Shown here in pieces: positions 1-10,416 of a DNA stretch of 64,000 nt. The notes beneath the pieces were generated by a model that saw only the letters and a list, made by a program, of their open reading frames with translations, was not told the origin of the DNA and made no database searches. The stretch comes from Myxococcota bacterium. Lineage in GTDB: Bacteria > Myxococcota_A > UBA9160 > UBA6930. The translations under genes and the position numbers were made by a program. The DNA lies in the NCBI GenBank assembly GCA_965223415.1, contig OZ245002.1, positions 2,976,001 through 3,040,000 on the forward strand. The letters run 5' to 3'. Numbering within the stretch: position 1 is the first letter of the stretch; the number at the start of each line of letters is the position of its first letter.

Positions 1-58
1 TATCGGGGGGCGTCTCCACGTGTCCGTCCGCGGAGATCAGCTGGTATTTTCGTCCCAT
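1..58 (-). CDS. Amidohydrolase family protein, 5' end only (runs off window)
   Basis: ATG at 58 gives MGRKYQLISADGHVETPPD; ISADxH is the amidohydrolase_2 metal-binding start. Confidence 0.75.
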   Translation of the reverse strand, partial: MGRKYQLISADGHVETPPD

Positions 59-143
59 GGGCGGTTCTCCTCGTCCGCGAGTTTGCGCCGTCGTCGCGGA
101 CGCCGCCAATCCGGTGGGACGTGGGGAGTGATAGAGTCGCGAC

Positions 144-2372
144 ATGCCCTCCGCCCCGGCTCCCGGCGTCGAGCGCGTCCCCTCCATCTGCCGCTTCTGT
201 CACGCGAACTGCGGAATCCTCGTGGACCTGGAGCAGGGGCGGCCCGTCCGCGTCCAGGGCGACCCGGACAACCCCGCCTACCGGGGGTTCACCTGCGCCA
301 AGGGCCGCAGGCTCCCGGAGCAGCACGCCCATCCGGATCGGCTGCTGCACAGCCAGAAGCGGAAGGAGGGCGGCGGCTTCGCGCCGATCCCGAGCGCGAC
401 CGCCATGGACGAGGTGGCCCAGCGCGTCTCCGCCCTGATGGCCGAGCACGGGCCGCGGTCGGTCGCGCTCTACGTGGGCACCTACGCGGGGCCCCACCCG
501 GCGTCGATCCCCTTCGCGGTGAGCTGGCTGCTGGCAGCGGGCTCGCGCATGGTGTTCACACCCTCGGCGATCGACCAGCCGGGCAAGCACATCGCCAACG
601 CGATCCACGGCCGCTGGCTCGGCGGCTCCTACGTATTCGACGAGGCGGACGCCTGGATGCTGGTCGGGAACAACCCGCTCATCTCCATGTCCGGCGGCAT
701 CCCGCCGTCGAACCCGGGCCGCCGGCTGCGCGTGGCTCGCGAACGGGGCTTGAAGCTCGTCGTCGTCGATCCGCGCCGGACCGAGGTGGCTCGCTTCGCG
801 GATCTCCACCTCCAGCCCCGTCCCGGCGAGGACCCGGCGCTGCTCGCGGCCATGCTCCACGTCGTCTACCGGGAGGGCTGGGTGGACGAGGCCTTCGTGG
901 CCGCGAACGTGGACGGCGCGGAAGCGCTGGCCGAGGCGGTGCATCCGTTCTCCCCCGAAGTCGCCGCGGCGCGGGCCGACGTGCCGGCGTTGGCCATCGA
1001 GGAGGCGGCGCGGATCTTCGCCACCGCCCGCCGCTGCTGCGGTGTGGCGGGCACCGGACCCAACATGGCTCCCCATGGCAACGTCACCGAGTACCTGCTG
1101 CTCGCCCTGAACAGCGTCTGTGGGCACTGGCGGCGGGAGGGCGAGACGGTGCCCAACCCGGGCGCGCTGCTGCCCCGCGCCACGCCGAAGGCCCAGGCCC
1201 TGGCGCCCCGCGCGGGCTGGGGCCGGGGCGAGTCCCTGCGCTCGCGTCCCCTCGGCAGCTCGGCCGCCGGGCTGCCGACCGCGGCCCTGGCCGACGAGAT
1301 CCTCTACGAGGGCGAGGACCGGATTCGTGCACTGCTCTGCGTGGGCAGCAACCCGGTGGCGGCGTGGCCGGACCAGCGCAAGACCCTCGAGGCCATGGAC
1401 CGGCTCGACCTCCTCGTATGCCTCGACCCGAAGATGGCGGCGACGGCCCGCCGCGCCCACTACGTGATCGCACCCCGGCTCAGCCTGGAGGTTCCGGGCC
1501 TCTCCGTCTCGAGCGAGGCCATCGAGCAGACCTACGTGGGCATCGGCTATCCGGAGCCCTACGCCCAGTACACGCCGGCGCGAGCCGTGCCGCCCGCCGG
1601 CTCCGACGTGATCGAGGAGTGGGAGTTCTTCTACGGGCTCGCCCAGCGGATGGGGCTCGAGCTGAACCTCTTCCCGCTCCGGCCCGAGACCGGCGTGCTG
1701 CGGGACCGGCGCGAGGCCGTGCCCGTCGACATGGAGAAGATGCCCAGCACCGACGAGGTGCTCGGCCTGCTGATGAACGGATCCCGGGTTCCGCTGGAGG
1801 AAGTCCGCCGCCATCCCCACGGCCGGATCTTCGACGACGAGACGGTCCCGGTCGCGCCGCCGGATCCGGAGGCTCGCGACCGGCTCGACGTCGCCAACGA
1901 GACGATGCTGGCGGAGCTGGCCGGGATCCGGAACGAAGCGCCCTACGGCGCCGAGCCGGCACGACCCTTCCGCCTCGTCTCACGTCGCATGCCCAACGTC
2001 TACAACTCCTCGGGCCGCGACATCGAGGCCCTGCAGAAGGGCCGTCCCTACAATCCGGCCTACCTCCACCCGGACGACCTGGCGATGCTCGGGGTCGTCC
2101 CGGGCGAGACGATCGAGATCGCGTCGGAGCGCGCCTCGATCCTGGGCGTGGCCGCGCAGGCTCCGGAGCTGCGCCGGGGCCTGGTCTCGATGGCCCACGG
2201 CTTCGGCGACGCGCCCGAGCGGGATGGCGAGCTCCACCGGCTGGGGAGCAACACGGGCCGTCTCGTCAGCAACGAGGAGCATTTCGATCCCCACTCCGGC
2301 ATCCCGCGCATGAGCGCGATCCCGGTGGCGGTGCGGAGCGCACCGGCGCCGCGGCCCGTGCCGTCTACCTGA
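144..2372 (+). CDS. Molybdopterin-dependent oxidoreductase (DMSO reductase superfamily) catalytic subunit
   Basis: N-terminal CRFCHANC...TCAKG Fe-S motif, VVVDPRRT, C-terminal molybdopterin dinucleotide-binding segment (HPDDLA...G); 742 aa. Confidence 0.9.
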   Translation: MPSAPAPGVERVPSICRFCHANCGILVDLEQGRPVRVQGDPDNPAYRGFTCAKGRRLPEQHAHPDRLLHSQKRKEGGGFAPIPSATAMDEVAQRVSALMAEHGPRSVALYVGTYAGPHPASIPFAVSWLLAAGSRMVFTPSAIDQPGKHIANAIHGRWLGGSYVFDEADAWMLVGNNPLISMSGGIPPSNPGRRLRVARERGLKLVVVDPRRTEVARFADLHLQPRPGEDPALLAAMLHVVYREGWVDEAFVAANVDGAEALAEAVHPFSPEVAAARADVPALAIEEAARIFATARRCCGVAGTGPNMAPHGNVTEYLLLALNSVCGHWRREGETVPNPGALLPRATPKAQALAPRAGWGRGESLRSRPLGSSAAGLPTAALADEILYEGEDRIRALLCVGSNPVAAWPDQRKTLEAMDRLDLLVCLDPKMAATARRAHYVIAPRLSLEVPGLSVSSEAIEQTYVGIGYPEPYAQYTPARAVPPAGSDVIEEWEFFYGLAQRMGLELNLFPLRPETGVLRDRREAVPVDMEKMPSTDEVLGLLMNGSRVPLEEVRRHPHGRIFDDETVPVAPPDPEARDRLDVANETMLAELAGIRNEAPYGAEPARPFRLVSRRMPNVYNSSGRDIEALQKGRPYNPAYLHPDDLAMLGVVPGETIEIASERASILGVAAQAPELRRGLVSMAHGFGDAPERDGELHRLGSNTGRLVSNEEHFDPHSGIPRMSAIPVAVRSAPAPRPVPST

Positions 2373-4422
2373 GCGAGCGCGGAACCGGGAGCCGGGAGCG
2401 ACGTCTCCGGGACGTCCGAGCGGCGAGGAGGGGGAGGAGCACCAGGAGCTCGGCGCCGAGGCCGCAAGCGGTCTGGGTGGTTTGCTCGCTGTCGCGCCAG
2501 GGCCGGCCCACGCACTGGGGGTCGGGGCCGTTCGGGTCTGCGCCTCCGGCGCCGAGGATCGACTCGCCTCCGTCGAAGTCCGTGCCGAGGGCGCCGTCGT
2601 TGTCGAGGCCGTCCTGGCACTGGGGATCCTCCAACGGCGAGGCGGCGCTGCCGCAGCCCGGGTCAACCGGGAAGTCGATGAGCCCGTCGCCGTCGTCGTC
2701 GACGAGGTTGCTGCAGGCGGTGCCGAGAACGGGGGAGAGGAGCGCACCGCCCAAGGCGATCAGGTTCCCGACGTCTTCGCTGCCCAGCGCGAGGCCGTTG
2801 CCGAGCATCTCGTTGGTGATCACGTCGGCGCGACCGTCGCCGTCCAGGTCCCCCGCTGCCGCGCTGTAGCAGAGCACGTCGCCGACGTCGGCGCCGACGG
2901 TGCCGTGGGCGCCGATCACCTCGGTCGCGCGCACGCCGGGCGGAAGCGGCTGGGCCAGGTCGACCTGCGGCGGCCACGGCACGGAAGCGCCGAAGAAGAC
3001 GTGGAGAATGCCCGCCTCGTTCCGTCCCAGGGCGGCGCCGTGGGGCGAGCTGAAGCCCAGGTCGTCGATCCCATCGCCGTCGAAGTCCCCGTGCAGCGCC
3101 GTGTCTCCCGTGATCGCGCCGCCCTGGAAGCCGGGGAAGTCCGTGGTCACCGCGCCCGGTGGCGGGCTGTCGCGATCGAAGACGAGGCCGCGCAGACTCG
3201 CCGCGCCGTAGAACACGTGGGCGGAGCCGGAGGCCGCGCCGGCTCCCAAGTCGGCGACGATGTCGGCCACGAAGAGGTCCGCCGCGCCGTCGTCGTCGTA
3301 GTCGAGGCCGCCCAGCATCTCCTCGCCGAAGGCCACGTTGCCCACACCCCCGTCGATGATCGTCCGGGCGCCCGGCGAGCTGTCGATCTCGAAGGCGAGG
3401 CCCGCCGTCCACGGGTTGCCTGCAAAGTTGTCGTCCCAGGCGACGTAGAGGGTGCCCTCGGCAGTCCCGCCCGTGCCGTGAGCTTGGCTCGCCGGGGCTC
3501 CCTCGGCGGGCAGTGTCGCGCCGGAGCGGTTGAGCGCCGCCGCCGCCATCACCTCGGCCTGGCCGTTGCCGTCGAGATCCGCGACGCCCACCGTCGCGCC
3601 GAAGTGGAGGTGGCTCGTGCCCGGCGGAGGACCGACCCGAGCCACGTGGCCCGCGATGGACGTGCTGCCGAAGTTGGCCAGATCGATCGTGCCGCCCGCC
3701 GCCAGGCGCGAGCCGCCGCGCACGACGTACACCGCACCGCGGTGGACGCCGCTACCCGCGTCCTCCTGATCGGCACCGATCGCGAGATCGGCCACGCCGT
3801 CGCCGGTCACGTCGCCGGTGCGCATCCAGATGCCGAGCCGACCGTACTCCTCGCCGCCGACGATCGTCGTGAGCGTGAGCGCCGCCGGGGGCGCCCGCAG
3901 ATCGACGGCGGTGAGGCCGGCGGCGTGGGTCGCGAGCTCCGGGCCTCCGACCAGGATCGAGAGGGCCCCGGCTCCGGTCCGCCCCGCCTCCGGCGTGTGG
4001 TTCTGGCGGGCGATGAGCAGGTCGCCGACCCCGTCGCCGGTCACGTCGTCCATCCAGATCTCGCTGCCGGCGTTCTCCTGCACGCCGTCGCCGAGGATGC
4101 GCAGGATGCGCGCCTGGGCGACGGCCGTGTCGAGGGTACCCGCGAGGGTTCCGTCGCCGAACACCAGGTACACCTCGCCGGCGGAGCTTCGCCCGAGCGG
4201 GCTCGCCTGCATGGCGGCGAAGGCCAGGTCCAGCGCGCCGTCGCCGTCGCAATCGTGCCCCCCGGCGACGGGAACTCCCTCCGCACCGGTGCCGGTCGAG
4301 CCGTGGACCCGCAGCAGGCCCGGACCAGTAGTGGACACGGTGGCCAGATCCAGGGTGTGGAGCTGGGCGGAGGCGGAGCTCGGAAGGGCGATGAGCAGCA
4401 GGAGCATGGCGAGTCGCAGCAT
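2365..4422 (-). CDS. Secreted FG-GAP/integrin-alpha-repeat surface protein with Asp/Cys-rich module and C-terminal membrane tail
   Basis: Signal peptide MLRLAMLLLLIALPSSASAQ; repeated DxxGDGxxDL motifs; ends CGLGAELLVLLPLLAARTSRRRR. Confidence 0.85.
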   Translation of the reverse strand: MLRLAMLLLLIALPSSASAQLHTLDLATVSTTGPGLLRVHGSTGTGAEGVPVAGGHDCDGDGALDLAFAAMQASPLGRSSAGEVYLVFGDGTLAGTLDTAVAQARILRILGDGVQENAGSEIWMDDVTGDGVGDLLIARQNHTPEAGRTGAGALSILVGGPELATHAAGLTAVDLRAPPAALTLTTIVGGEEYGRLGIWMRTGDVTGDGVADLAIGADQEDAGSGVHRGAVYVVRGGSRLAAGGTIDLANFGSTSIAGHVARVGPPPGTSHLHFGATVGVADLDGNGQAEVMAAAALNRSGATLPAEGAPASQAHGTGGTAEGTLYVAWDDNFAGNPWTAGLAFEIDSSPGARTIIDGGVGNVAFGEEMLGGLDYDDDGAADLFVADIVADLGAGAASGSAHVFYGAASLRGLVFDRDSPPPGAVTTDFPGFQGGAITGDTALHGDFDGDGIDDLGFSSPHGAALGRNEAGILHVFFGASVPWPPQVDLAQPLPPGVRATEVIGAHGTVGADVGDVLCYSAAAGDLDGDGRADVITNEMLGNGLALGSEDVGNLIALGGALLSPVLGTACSNLVDDDGDGLIDFPVDPGCGSAASPLEDPQCQDGLDNDGALGTDFDGGESILGAGGADPNGPDPQCVGRPWRDSEQTTQTACGLGAELLVLLPLLAARTSRRRRSRLPVPRSLR

Positions 4423-4444
4423 GACGTCTTCCTTCGGGCCCCTC

Positions 4445-5209
4445 CTAGCCGCCGGCCCCTCCCATCGACCCGATCGCGGCGAACACCTCCTCGGGTCGCG
4501 CGCGCTTGCGGTAGGTGTCGGCCTGGTAGGTCCAGCGAACGATGCCCTCGCCGTCGACGAGCACGGTGGTGGGGAAAGCGATGTCCTTGCCCATGTTGCC
4601 GCCGCGGTGTCGGATGCCGAGGGCGTCCAGCAGCTCGCCCTCGGCATCGGCGAGGAAGGTGAAGCTCACCGAGAGCCGATCGCGCAGGCGACGCGAGACC
4701 TCGGGCGGATCGACGCTCACCGCGATCAGCTCCACGCCCTTGGAGCGGATCTCCTCGTAGTAGCGTTCGAGCTGGACCAGCTCGGTGCGGCAGAAGGGTC
4801 ACCAGTCGCCGCGGTAGAAGATGTAGAGCTCGGGCGGGCGCGGTGCGCCGGCCTCGCGGGTGCGAAGCTGCTCGTCCTGGTCCAGGAGCGCGTAGGAAGG
4901 GAAGGGAGCCCCTACGTCGATGGCCAGGGAGTGGGGCGGGAGCCAGCTGAGCTGCAGGACGTAGAAGGAGACCGGGCCGACCAGGGCGAGCTCGAGGCCG
5001 ACGACGGGCCAGTGGAACCAGCGGCGGCGGCGGCGGAAGAGGGCGAGCAGGCCCAGGGCCCCACCCAGCCAGAGCGCGCCGAGCACGATCCACGGGATCT
5101 CCGCGTGGATGAGCTGCTCGAAGCCCGGCACCAGCCGATCCGACTCGCCGAGGGCGACCAGCACCCAGCCGAAGGTTCCGAAGACGAGCAGGGCCGAGAT
5201 CCAGAGCAC
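4445..5209 (-). CDS. Selenoprotein: membrane-anchored AhpC/TSA (peroxiredoxin-like) redoxin, UxxC, Sec at TGA 4799-4801
   Basis: ORFs 4799..5209 and 4445..4735 are in one frame; read-through gives IFYRGDW-U-PFCRTEL...IAVSVD...AFPTTVLVD; hairpin follows the UGA. Confidence 0.88.
4767..4801 (-). promoter_or_regulatory. Putative bacterial SECIS element
   Basis: UGA CCCUUCUGCCGCAC CGAGCUG-GUC-CAGCUCG: 7-bp stem, G-first loop 21 nt after the UGA. Confidence 0.7.
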
Positions 5210-5244
5210 GGCGTGAGGGTAGCGCCCCGGTGTAGCCTCCCGCG

Positions 5245-6960
5245 ATGACCCGAGCCGTCCTCTCCGTCGCCGCCTTCCTATCGCTCCTGCTGCCCTGCGC
5301 GAGCCTCGCCGCGGAGCCCGCCACGATCTTCACGGCGCGGAGGATCCACACCCTGGAGCCCGCGCTGCCGGTCGCGACGGCGGTCGCGGTGGCCGAGGGC
5401 CGGATCGTCGCGGTCGGCAGCCTCGAATCGCTCGAGCCCTGGGTGCGCGAGCGCGGCGCCACGATCGATCGCCGCCTCGAGGACAAGGTGCTCCTGCCGG
5501 GCTTCATCGATCCCCACGTGCACCCCTCGCTCCCCGCGATCGTGACCCAGTTCCCGTTCCTGGCGCCCGACGACTGGTCCCTGCCGACCGGCGAGTTCCC
5601 CGGCGCGCGAAACCCCGAAGCCTTCCGCGCCCGCTTGCAGGAGCTGGTCGCGGCCCACGACGACGCGCGGGTCCCCTTCATCGCCTGGGGCTACCACCCG
5701 CTGTGGCACGGCGACGTCTACCGCGCGGAGCTCGACGCACTCTTCCCCGATACGCCGGTGATGCTGTGGCACCGCTCCTTCCACGAGCTCGTCGCCAACA
5801 GCCCGGCGCTCGCGATGCTCGGCGTGACCGAGCAGGACGTCGCCGGTCACCACGAAATCGTCTGGGAGAAGGGCCACTTCTTCGAGACCGGCGCCATGCA
5901 GCTCGTGCCGAAGATGGCCTTCCTGTTCGACCCCGCCCGTTACGGCCAGGGGATGCAGAACTTCCTGGCGATGGCCCACCGGGGCGGCGTGACGACGGCC
6001 CTCGACATGGGCACGGGCATCTTCGGCAACCCGGAGCAGGAGATCGCCCTCGTGCGCCAGGTGACGGAGCAGAGCCGCGCGCCGACGCGCCTCATCCTGA
6101 CACCGATCATCTCGGACTTCCTGGCGCGAGGTGTCTCCATTCCCGACGCGCTGACCGCCATCGACCGGTGGCGCGAGGGAAACACCCCGCGCGTCCGCAT
6201 CGACCGCCGCTTCAAGCTCATGATGGACGGCGCGATCTTCAGCGGCCTCTCCCGTTTCGGGTTCCCCGGCTACCTGGACGGCCACGAGGGCGTCTGGCTC
6301 GCGCCCCTCGAGGTGACCCGGAAGTGGGCCCAGGCCTTCTGGAACGAGGGCTACCAGCTCCACGCCCACACCAACGGTGACGAGAGCGCCGCGGCGATGA
6401 TCGACCTGCTGCGCGGCCTCCAGGAGGCGAAGCCCCGGCCGGACCACCGCTTCACCCTCGAGCACTTCGCCTACACCACCGAGGATCAGAACCGCCAGCT
6501 GAAGGCGCTCGGCGCCGTCGTCTCCGCCAATCCCTACTACCAGTACATCCTGAGCGATCTCTACAGCGAACGCTGGCTCGGCCCGGATCGCGCCCGCCAG
6601 ATGGTGCGGCTCGGCTCCCTCGAACGGCTCGGCGTCCCCTTCGCCCTCCACTCGGATTGCCCGATGGCGCCCCTCGAGCCCCTGACCCTCGCCTGGGCGG
6701 CGGCGAACCGGGTGACGATCAACGGCAACGAGAACGCCGCCTCCGAGCGCGTCAGCCTGGAAGCGGCGATGCGCGCGATCACGATCGACGCCGCCTGGGT
6801 GATGGGCTGGGAGGACGAGATCGGGTCGATTCGCGCCGGCAAGCGGGCGGACTTCACGGTGCTGGGAGCGGATCCCTTCGAGGTAGGGGCGAAGGGGCTC
6901 CGGGAGATCCCGGTCTGGGGGACGGTGTTCGAGGGGGAGGTGGCGCCCGGCGGCGACTGA
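5245..6960 (+). CDS. Amidohydrolase_3 (YtcJ-like) metal-dependent hydrolase with signal peptide
   Basis: PGFIDPHVH, HAHTNGD, LEH, HSDCP, GSIRAGKRADFTVL motifs. Confidence 0.9.
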   Translation: MTRAVLSVAAFLSLLLPCASLAAEPATIFTARRIHTLEPALPVATAVAVAEGRIVAVGSLESLEPWVRERGATIDRRLEDKVLLPGFIDPHVHPSLPAIVTQFPFLAPDDWSLPTGEFPGARNPEAFRARLQELVAAHDDARVPFIAWGYHPLWHGDVYRAELDALFPDTPVMLWHRSFHELVANSPALAMLGVTEQDVAGHHEIVWEKGHFFETGAMQLVPKMAFLFDPARYGQGMQNFLAMAHRGGVTTALDMGTGIFGNPEQEIALVRQVTEQSRAPTRLILTPIISDFLARGVSIPDALTAIDRWREGNTPRVRIDRRFKLMMDGAIFSGLSRFGFPGYLDGHEGVWLAPLEVTRKWAQAFWNEGYQLHAHTNGDESAAAMIDLLRGLQEAKPRPDHRFTLEHFAYTTEDQNRQLKALGAVVSANPYYQYILSDLYSERWLGPDRARQMVRLGSLERLGVPFALHSDCPMAPLEPLTLAWAAANRVTINGNENAASERVSLEAAMRAITIDAAWVMGWEDEIGSIRAGKRADFTVLGADPFEVGAKGLREIPVWGTVFEGEVAPGGD

Positions 6961-7037
6961 CCCGCCCGGGGACCTATCCTCTCCGCATGCCTCCCGACGA
7001 CCGCGCGGGGCGACCCCGCACCCCTCCCCACGAGCCC

Positions 7038-8867
7038 ATGGAGGCGATGCGCCAGCGCCCGAGCTTCACCCTCGTCTACGTGATGCTGGCCATCCTCGGC
7101 GTCGTGACCCTGCGCGACCTGTGGGTCTCCTACAAGACCGTCGAGCGCATCCCCTACAGCCAGTTCGAAGCACTGCTCGAGCAGGACGAGATCAAGAGCG
7201 TCGTGGTCCGCGGCGACACCATCGAGGGCGAGCTGCGAACGCCCCAGAACGACAAGACGCGCTTCACCACCCAGCGCGTCGACCCGGCCCTGGCCGAGCG
7301 GCTCGAGGGCAGGGAGGTCGAGCTCTCGAGCGTCCCCGAGAACACCTTCCTGCCGACCCTGCTCTCGTGGATCGTGCCGATCGGCCTCTTCTTCCTGGTG
7401 TGGATGTTCCTGATGCGGCGCATGGCCGGGAGGGTGGGCGAAGGCCCAGGGGGCCTGCTCTCGATCGGCAAGAGCAAGGCGCGGGTGTACGTGGAGAGCG
7501 ACACCCAGGTGTCCTTCGACGACGTGGCCGGCGTGGACGAGGCGAAGGCCGAGCTGACCGAGGTCGTCGACTTCCTGAAGGATCCGGCGCACCACGGCCG
7601 GCTGGGCGCGCGCATGCCGAAGGGGATCCTGCTGGTGGGCCCGCCCGGCACCGGCAAGACGCTGCTGGCCCGGGCCGTCGCCGGCCAGGCGGGCGTGCCC
7701 TTCTTCTCGATCTCGGGCTCGGAGTTCGTCGAGATGTTCGTTGGGGTCGGCGCGGCGCGGGTGCGCGATCTCTTCGAGCAGGCGCGCAAGCACGCGCCGT
7801 GCATCATCTTCATCGACGAGCTCGACGCGTTGGGCCGCGCCCGCGGCGCCGGGCCGGCGGGGATGGGCGGCCACGACGAGAAGGAGCAGACCTTGAACCA
7901 GCTCCTGGTCGAGCTGGACGGCTTCGATCCGAGCGCGGGCATCGTCATCCTCTCCGCCACGAACCGGCCCGAGATCCTCGACCCGGCGCTCCTGCGGGCC
8001 GGGCGCTTCGACCGTCAGGTGCTGGTGGACCGGCCGGACAAGCGGGGCCGGTTCGCGATCCTGGAGGTGCACGTCAAGCGGATCCAGCTTGCGCCGGAGG
8101 TCGATCTCGAGCAGGTGGCAGCACTCACGCCCGGCTTCACCGGCGCGGACCTGGCCAACCTGGTGAACGAGGCGGCGCTGGCCGCCACACGGCGCAATGG
8201 CAAGGAGGTGATCCTCGACGACTTCACGGTGGCCATCGAGCGGCTGGTCGCGGGCCTCGAGAAGAAGAACCGGCTGCTCAACCCGCGGGAGCGCGAGATC
8301 GTGGCGCACCACGAGATGGGCCACGCGCTGGTCGCCGCCTCCCAGCCCGGCACGGACCCGGTGCACAAGGTCTCGATCATCCCGCGCGGAATCGGCGCCC
8401 TCGGCTACACGCTCCAGCGCCCCACCGAGGATCGCTTCCTCATGACCCGCGAGGAGCTGGACGCGAAGCTCGCCGTGCTGCTGGGCGGGCGCGCCGCCGA
8501 GTGGGTGATCTACGGCCACCTCTCCACCGGCGCCGCCGACGACCTGGCCAAGGCCACGGACATCGCGCGCACCATGGCCACCCAGTACGCCATGGTGCCC
8601 GAGCTCGGCAACGCCACCTTCGAGGAGCGACCGGCGAGCTTCCTGGGAGAAGCCGGCCCGGTCTTCGGCGGCCGCAGCTACAGCGAGGAAACGGCGACGG
8701 CGATCGACCGGGCGGTCTCCAGCATCGTCGACGGCGCCTTCGAGCACGCGCGAGACGTGCTCGAGACCCACAAGGACGTGCTGCAGGAGAGCGCGAAGGT
8801 GCTGCTCGAGGTGGAGACCCTGGACGAGGCCGCCCTCGGCCCGTTCTTCCTGCGCATGAAGCACTGA
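7038..8867 (+). CDS. ftsH: ATP-dependent zinc metalloprotease FtsH
   Basis: Two TM segments, Walker [32 protein letters not shown] zinc motif; start could be 6987, 7038 or 7047. Confidence 0.95.
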   Translation: MEAMRQRPSFTLVYVMLAILGVVTLRDLWVSYKTVERIPYSQFEALLEQDEIKSVVVRGDTIEGELRTPQNDKTRFTTQRVDPALAERLEGREVELSSVPENTFLPTLLSWIVPIGLFFLVWMFLMRRMAGRVGEGPGGLLSIGKSKARVYVESDTQVSFDDVAGVDEAKAELTEVVDFLKDPAHHGRLGARMPKGILLVGPPGTGKTLLARAVAGQAGVPFFSISGSEFVEMFVGVGAARVRDLFEQARKHAPCIIFIDELDALGRARGAGPAGMGGHDEKEQTLNQLLVELDGFDPSAGIVILSATNRPEILDPALLRAGRFDRQVLVDRPDKRGRFAILEVHVKRIQLAPEVDLEQVAALTPGFTGADLANLVNEAALAATRRNGKEVILDDFTVAIERLVAGLEKKNRLLNPREREIVAHHEMGHALVAASQPGTDPVHKVSIIPRGIGALGYTLQRPTEDRFLMTREELDAKLAVLLGGRAAEWVIYGHLSTGAADDLAKATDIARTMATQYAMVPELGNATFEERPASFLGEAGPVFGGRSYSEETATAIDRAVSSIVDGAFEHARDVLETHKDVLQESAKVLLEVETLDEAALGPFFLRMKH

Positions 8868-8872
8868 GCCGG

Positions 8873-10408
8873 GTGCGACTGGCCGAGCTCGTCCAGACCC
8901 ACGCTGCCCTGCGCCGCACGCGCTCGCGCAAGGAGAAGATCGCGCTCCTCGCGGCTCGGCTGCGGGAGGTGCCGGCGGCGCAGGTGGCCCACGCGGTCGC
9001 CTGGCTCACCGGGGGGCTGCGCCAGGGGCCCCTGGGCATCGGCTGGAAGCTGGTCGCCCGGGTGCGTGAAGCGATGGAGCCGGCGCGGGAGAGCCGCCTC
9101 GAGCTGGCCGGGATCGTGGCCGTGCTCGACGAGATCGCGGAGCTCTCCGGGCCGGGCTCTGCCCGGGCGAAGCAGGAGAGCCTGGCGGGGCTGCTCCGGC
9201 GCGCGACGTCCGACGAGCAGGAGTTCCTGACGCGCCTTCTCCTCGGCGAGATGCGGCAGGGCGCTTCGGCGGGGCTGCTCGTGGAGGCGATCGCCCTGGC
9301 TGCGGACGTGCCGGCCGACGCGGTCCGACGCGCCCACATGGTCTCGGCGGATCTCGGCGCCGTGGCGCAGGCGGCGATCGCAGGCGGCGAGGCGGAGCTG
9401 GCGCGCTTCGGCCTGGCACTCTTCCGCCCGGTGCTCCCCATGCTCGCGAGCCCCGCCGGCGACTTCGACGACGTCTTCGCTCGTCACGAGCGCGCCGCCT
9501 TCGAGTGGAAGCTCGACGGCGCCCGGGTGCAGGTGCACGTGGGTGACGGCGACGTGCGCGTCTACTCGCGCCGCATGAACGACGTGACCGCCGCGGTGCC
9601 GGAGCTGGTGGAAGCGGCCCGCTCGCTGCCGCTCCGCTCGGCGATCCTCGACGGTGAGACCCTCGCCCTTCGCCCGGACGGGACGCCCCATCCCTTCCAG
9701 GTGACGATGCGCCGCTTCGGGCGCCGCCAGGGCGTCGACGCGCTGCGCGCCTCGCTCCCGCTGGCCACCTTCTTCTTCGACGCGCTCCACCTGGACGGGG
9801 AAGACCTGCTGGACGCGCCGACGGCCGAGCGCGCCGCGCGGCTCGGCGCAGCCGTTCCGCAGGGCCTGCGCGTTCCGAGGCTCGTGACCGGGGACGCCGA
9901 GGAGGCCTCGACCTTCTGGGACGACGCCCTCGCCCGCGGTCACGAGGGCTTGATGGCGAAGGGGGAGGACGCGCCCTACGAGGCCGGCGGCCGCGGCTTC
10001 GCCTGGCTCAAGCTGAAGCCCGCCCACACCCTCGACCTGGTGGTCCTCGCCGCCGAGTGGGGCAGCGGGCGGCGGCGCGGCTGGCTTTCGAACCTCCACC
10101 TGGGCGCGCGCGATCCCGCGGCGGGCGGCTTCGTCATGCTCGGCAAGACGTTCAAGGGCCTGACCGACAAGCTGCTTGCCTGGCAGACCCGGGAGCTCCT
10201 GGCCCGAGAGGTCGCCCGGGAGGACCACGTCGTCCACGTGCGCCCGGAGCTGGTGGTGGAGATCGCCTTCTCCGGGGTCCAGACCAGCCCTCACTACCCG
10301 GGCGGCCTGGCCCTGCGCTTCGCCCGGGTTCGCCACTACCGGCCGGATCGGGCCGCAGAGGACGCGGATTCGGTGGAGGCGGTCCGGGCGTTCCTGCCTC
10401 GCGGCTGA
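8873..10408 (+). CDS. ligB: ATP-dependent DNA ligase (LigB/archaeal type)
   Basis: GTG start; motif I EWKLDGAR, ILDGE, FFFDAL, EGLMAK, WLKLK, LRFARV. Confidence 0.9.
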   Translation: MRLAELVQTHAALRRTRSRKEKIALLAARLREVPAAQVAHAVAWLTGGLRQGPLGIGWKLVARVREAMEPARESRLELAGIVAVLDEIAELSGPGSARAKQESLAGLLRRATSDEQEFLTRLLLGEMRQGASAGLLVEAIALAADVPADAVRRAHMVSADLGAVAQAAIAGGEAELARFGLALFRPVLPMLASPAGDFDDVFARHERAAFEWKLDGARVQVHVGDGDVRVYSRRMNDVTAAVPELVEAARSLPLRSAILDGETLALRPDGTPHPFQVTMRRFGRRQGVDALRASLPLATFFFDALHLDGEDLLDAPTAERAARLGAAVPQGLRVPRLVTGDAEEASTFWDDALARGHEGLMAKGEDAPYEAGGRGFAWLKLKPAHTLDLVVLAAEWGSGRRRGWLSNLHLGARDPAAGGFVMLGKTFKGLTDKLLAWQTRELLAREVAREDHVVHVRPELVVEIAFSGVQTSPHYPGGLALRFARVRHYRPDRAAEDADSVEAVRAFLPRG

Positions 10409-10416
10409 GTCGGGGG

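Noticed and set aside
20..2869. Long Arg/Gly/Pro-rich alternative-frame ORFs (also 6561-8864, 33389-36073 and many others)
   Set aside because: Shadow ORFs of high-GC genes; no motifs, and they overlap well-supported CDSs.
7121..10408. 1095-aa ORF; likewise 18957-22439 and 29776-32655
   Set aside because: The real genes (ligase, alr, SWIM) occupy only the 3' parts; the extensions overlap other genes.
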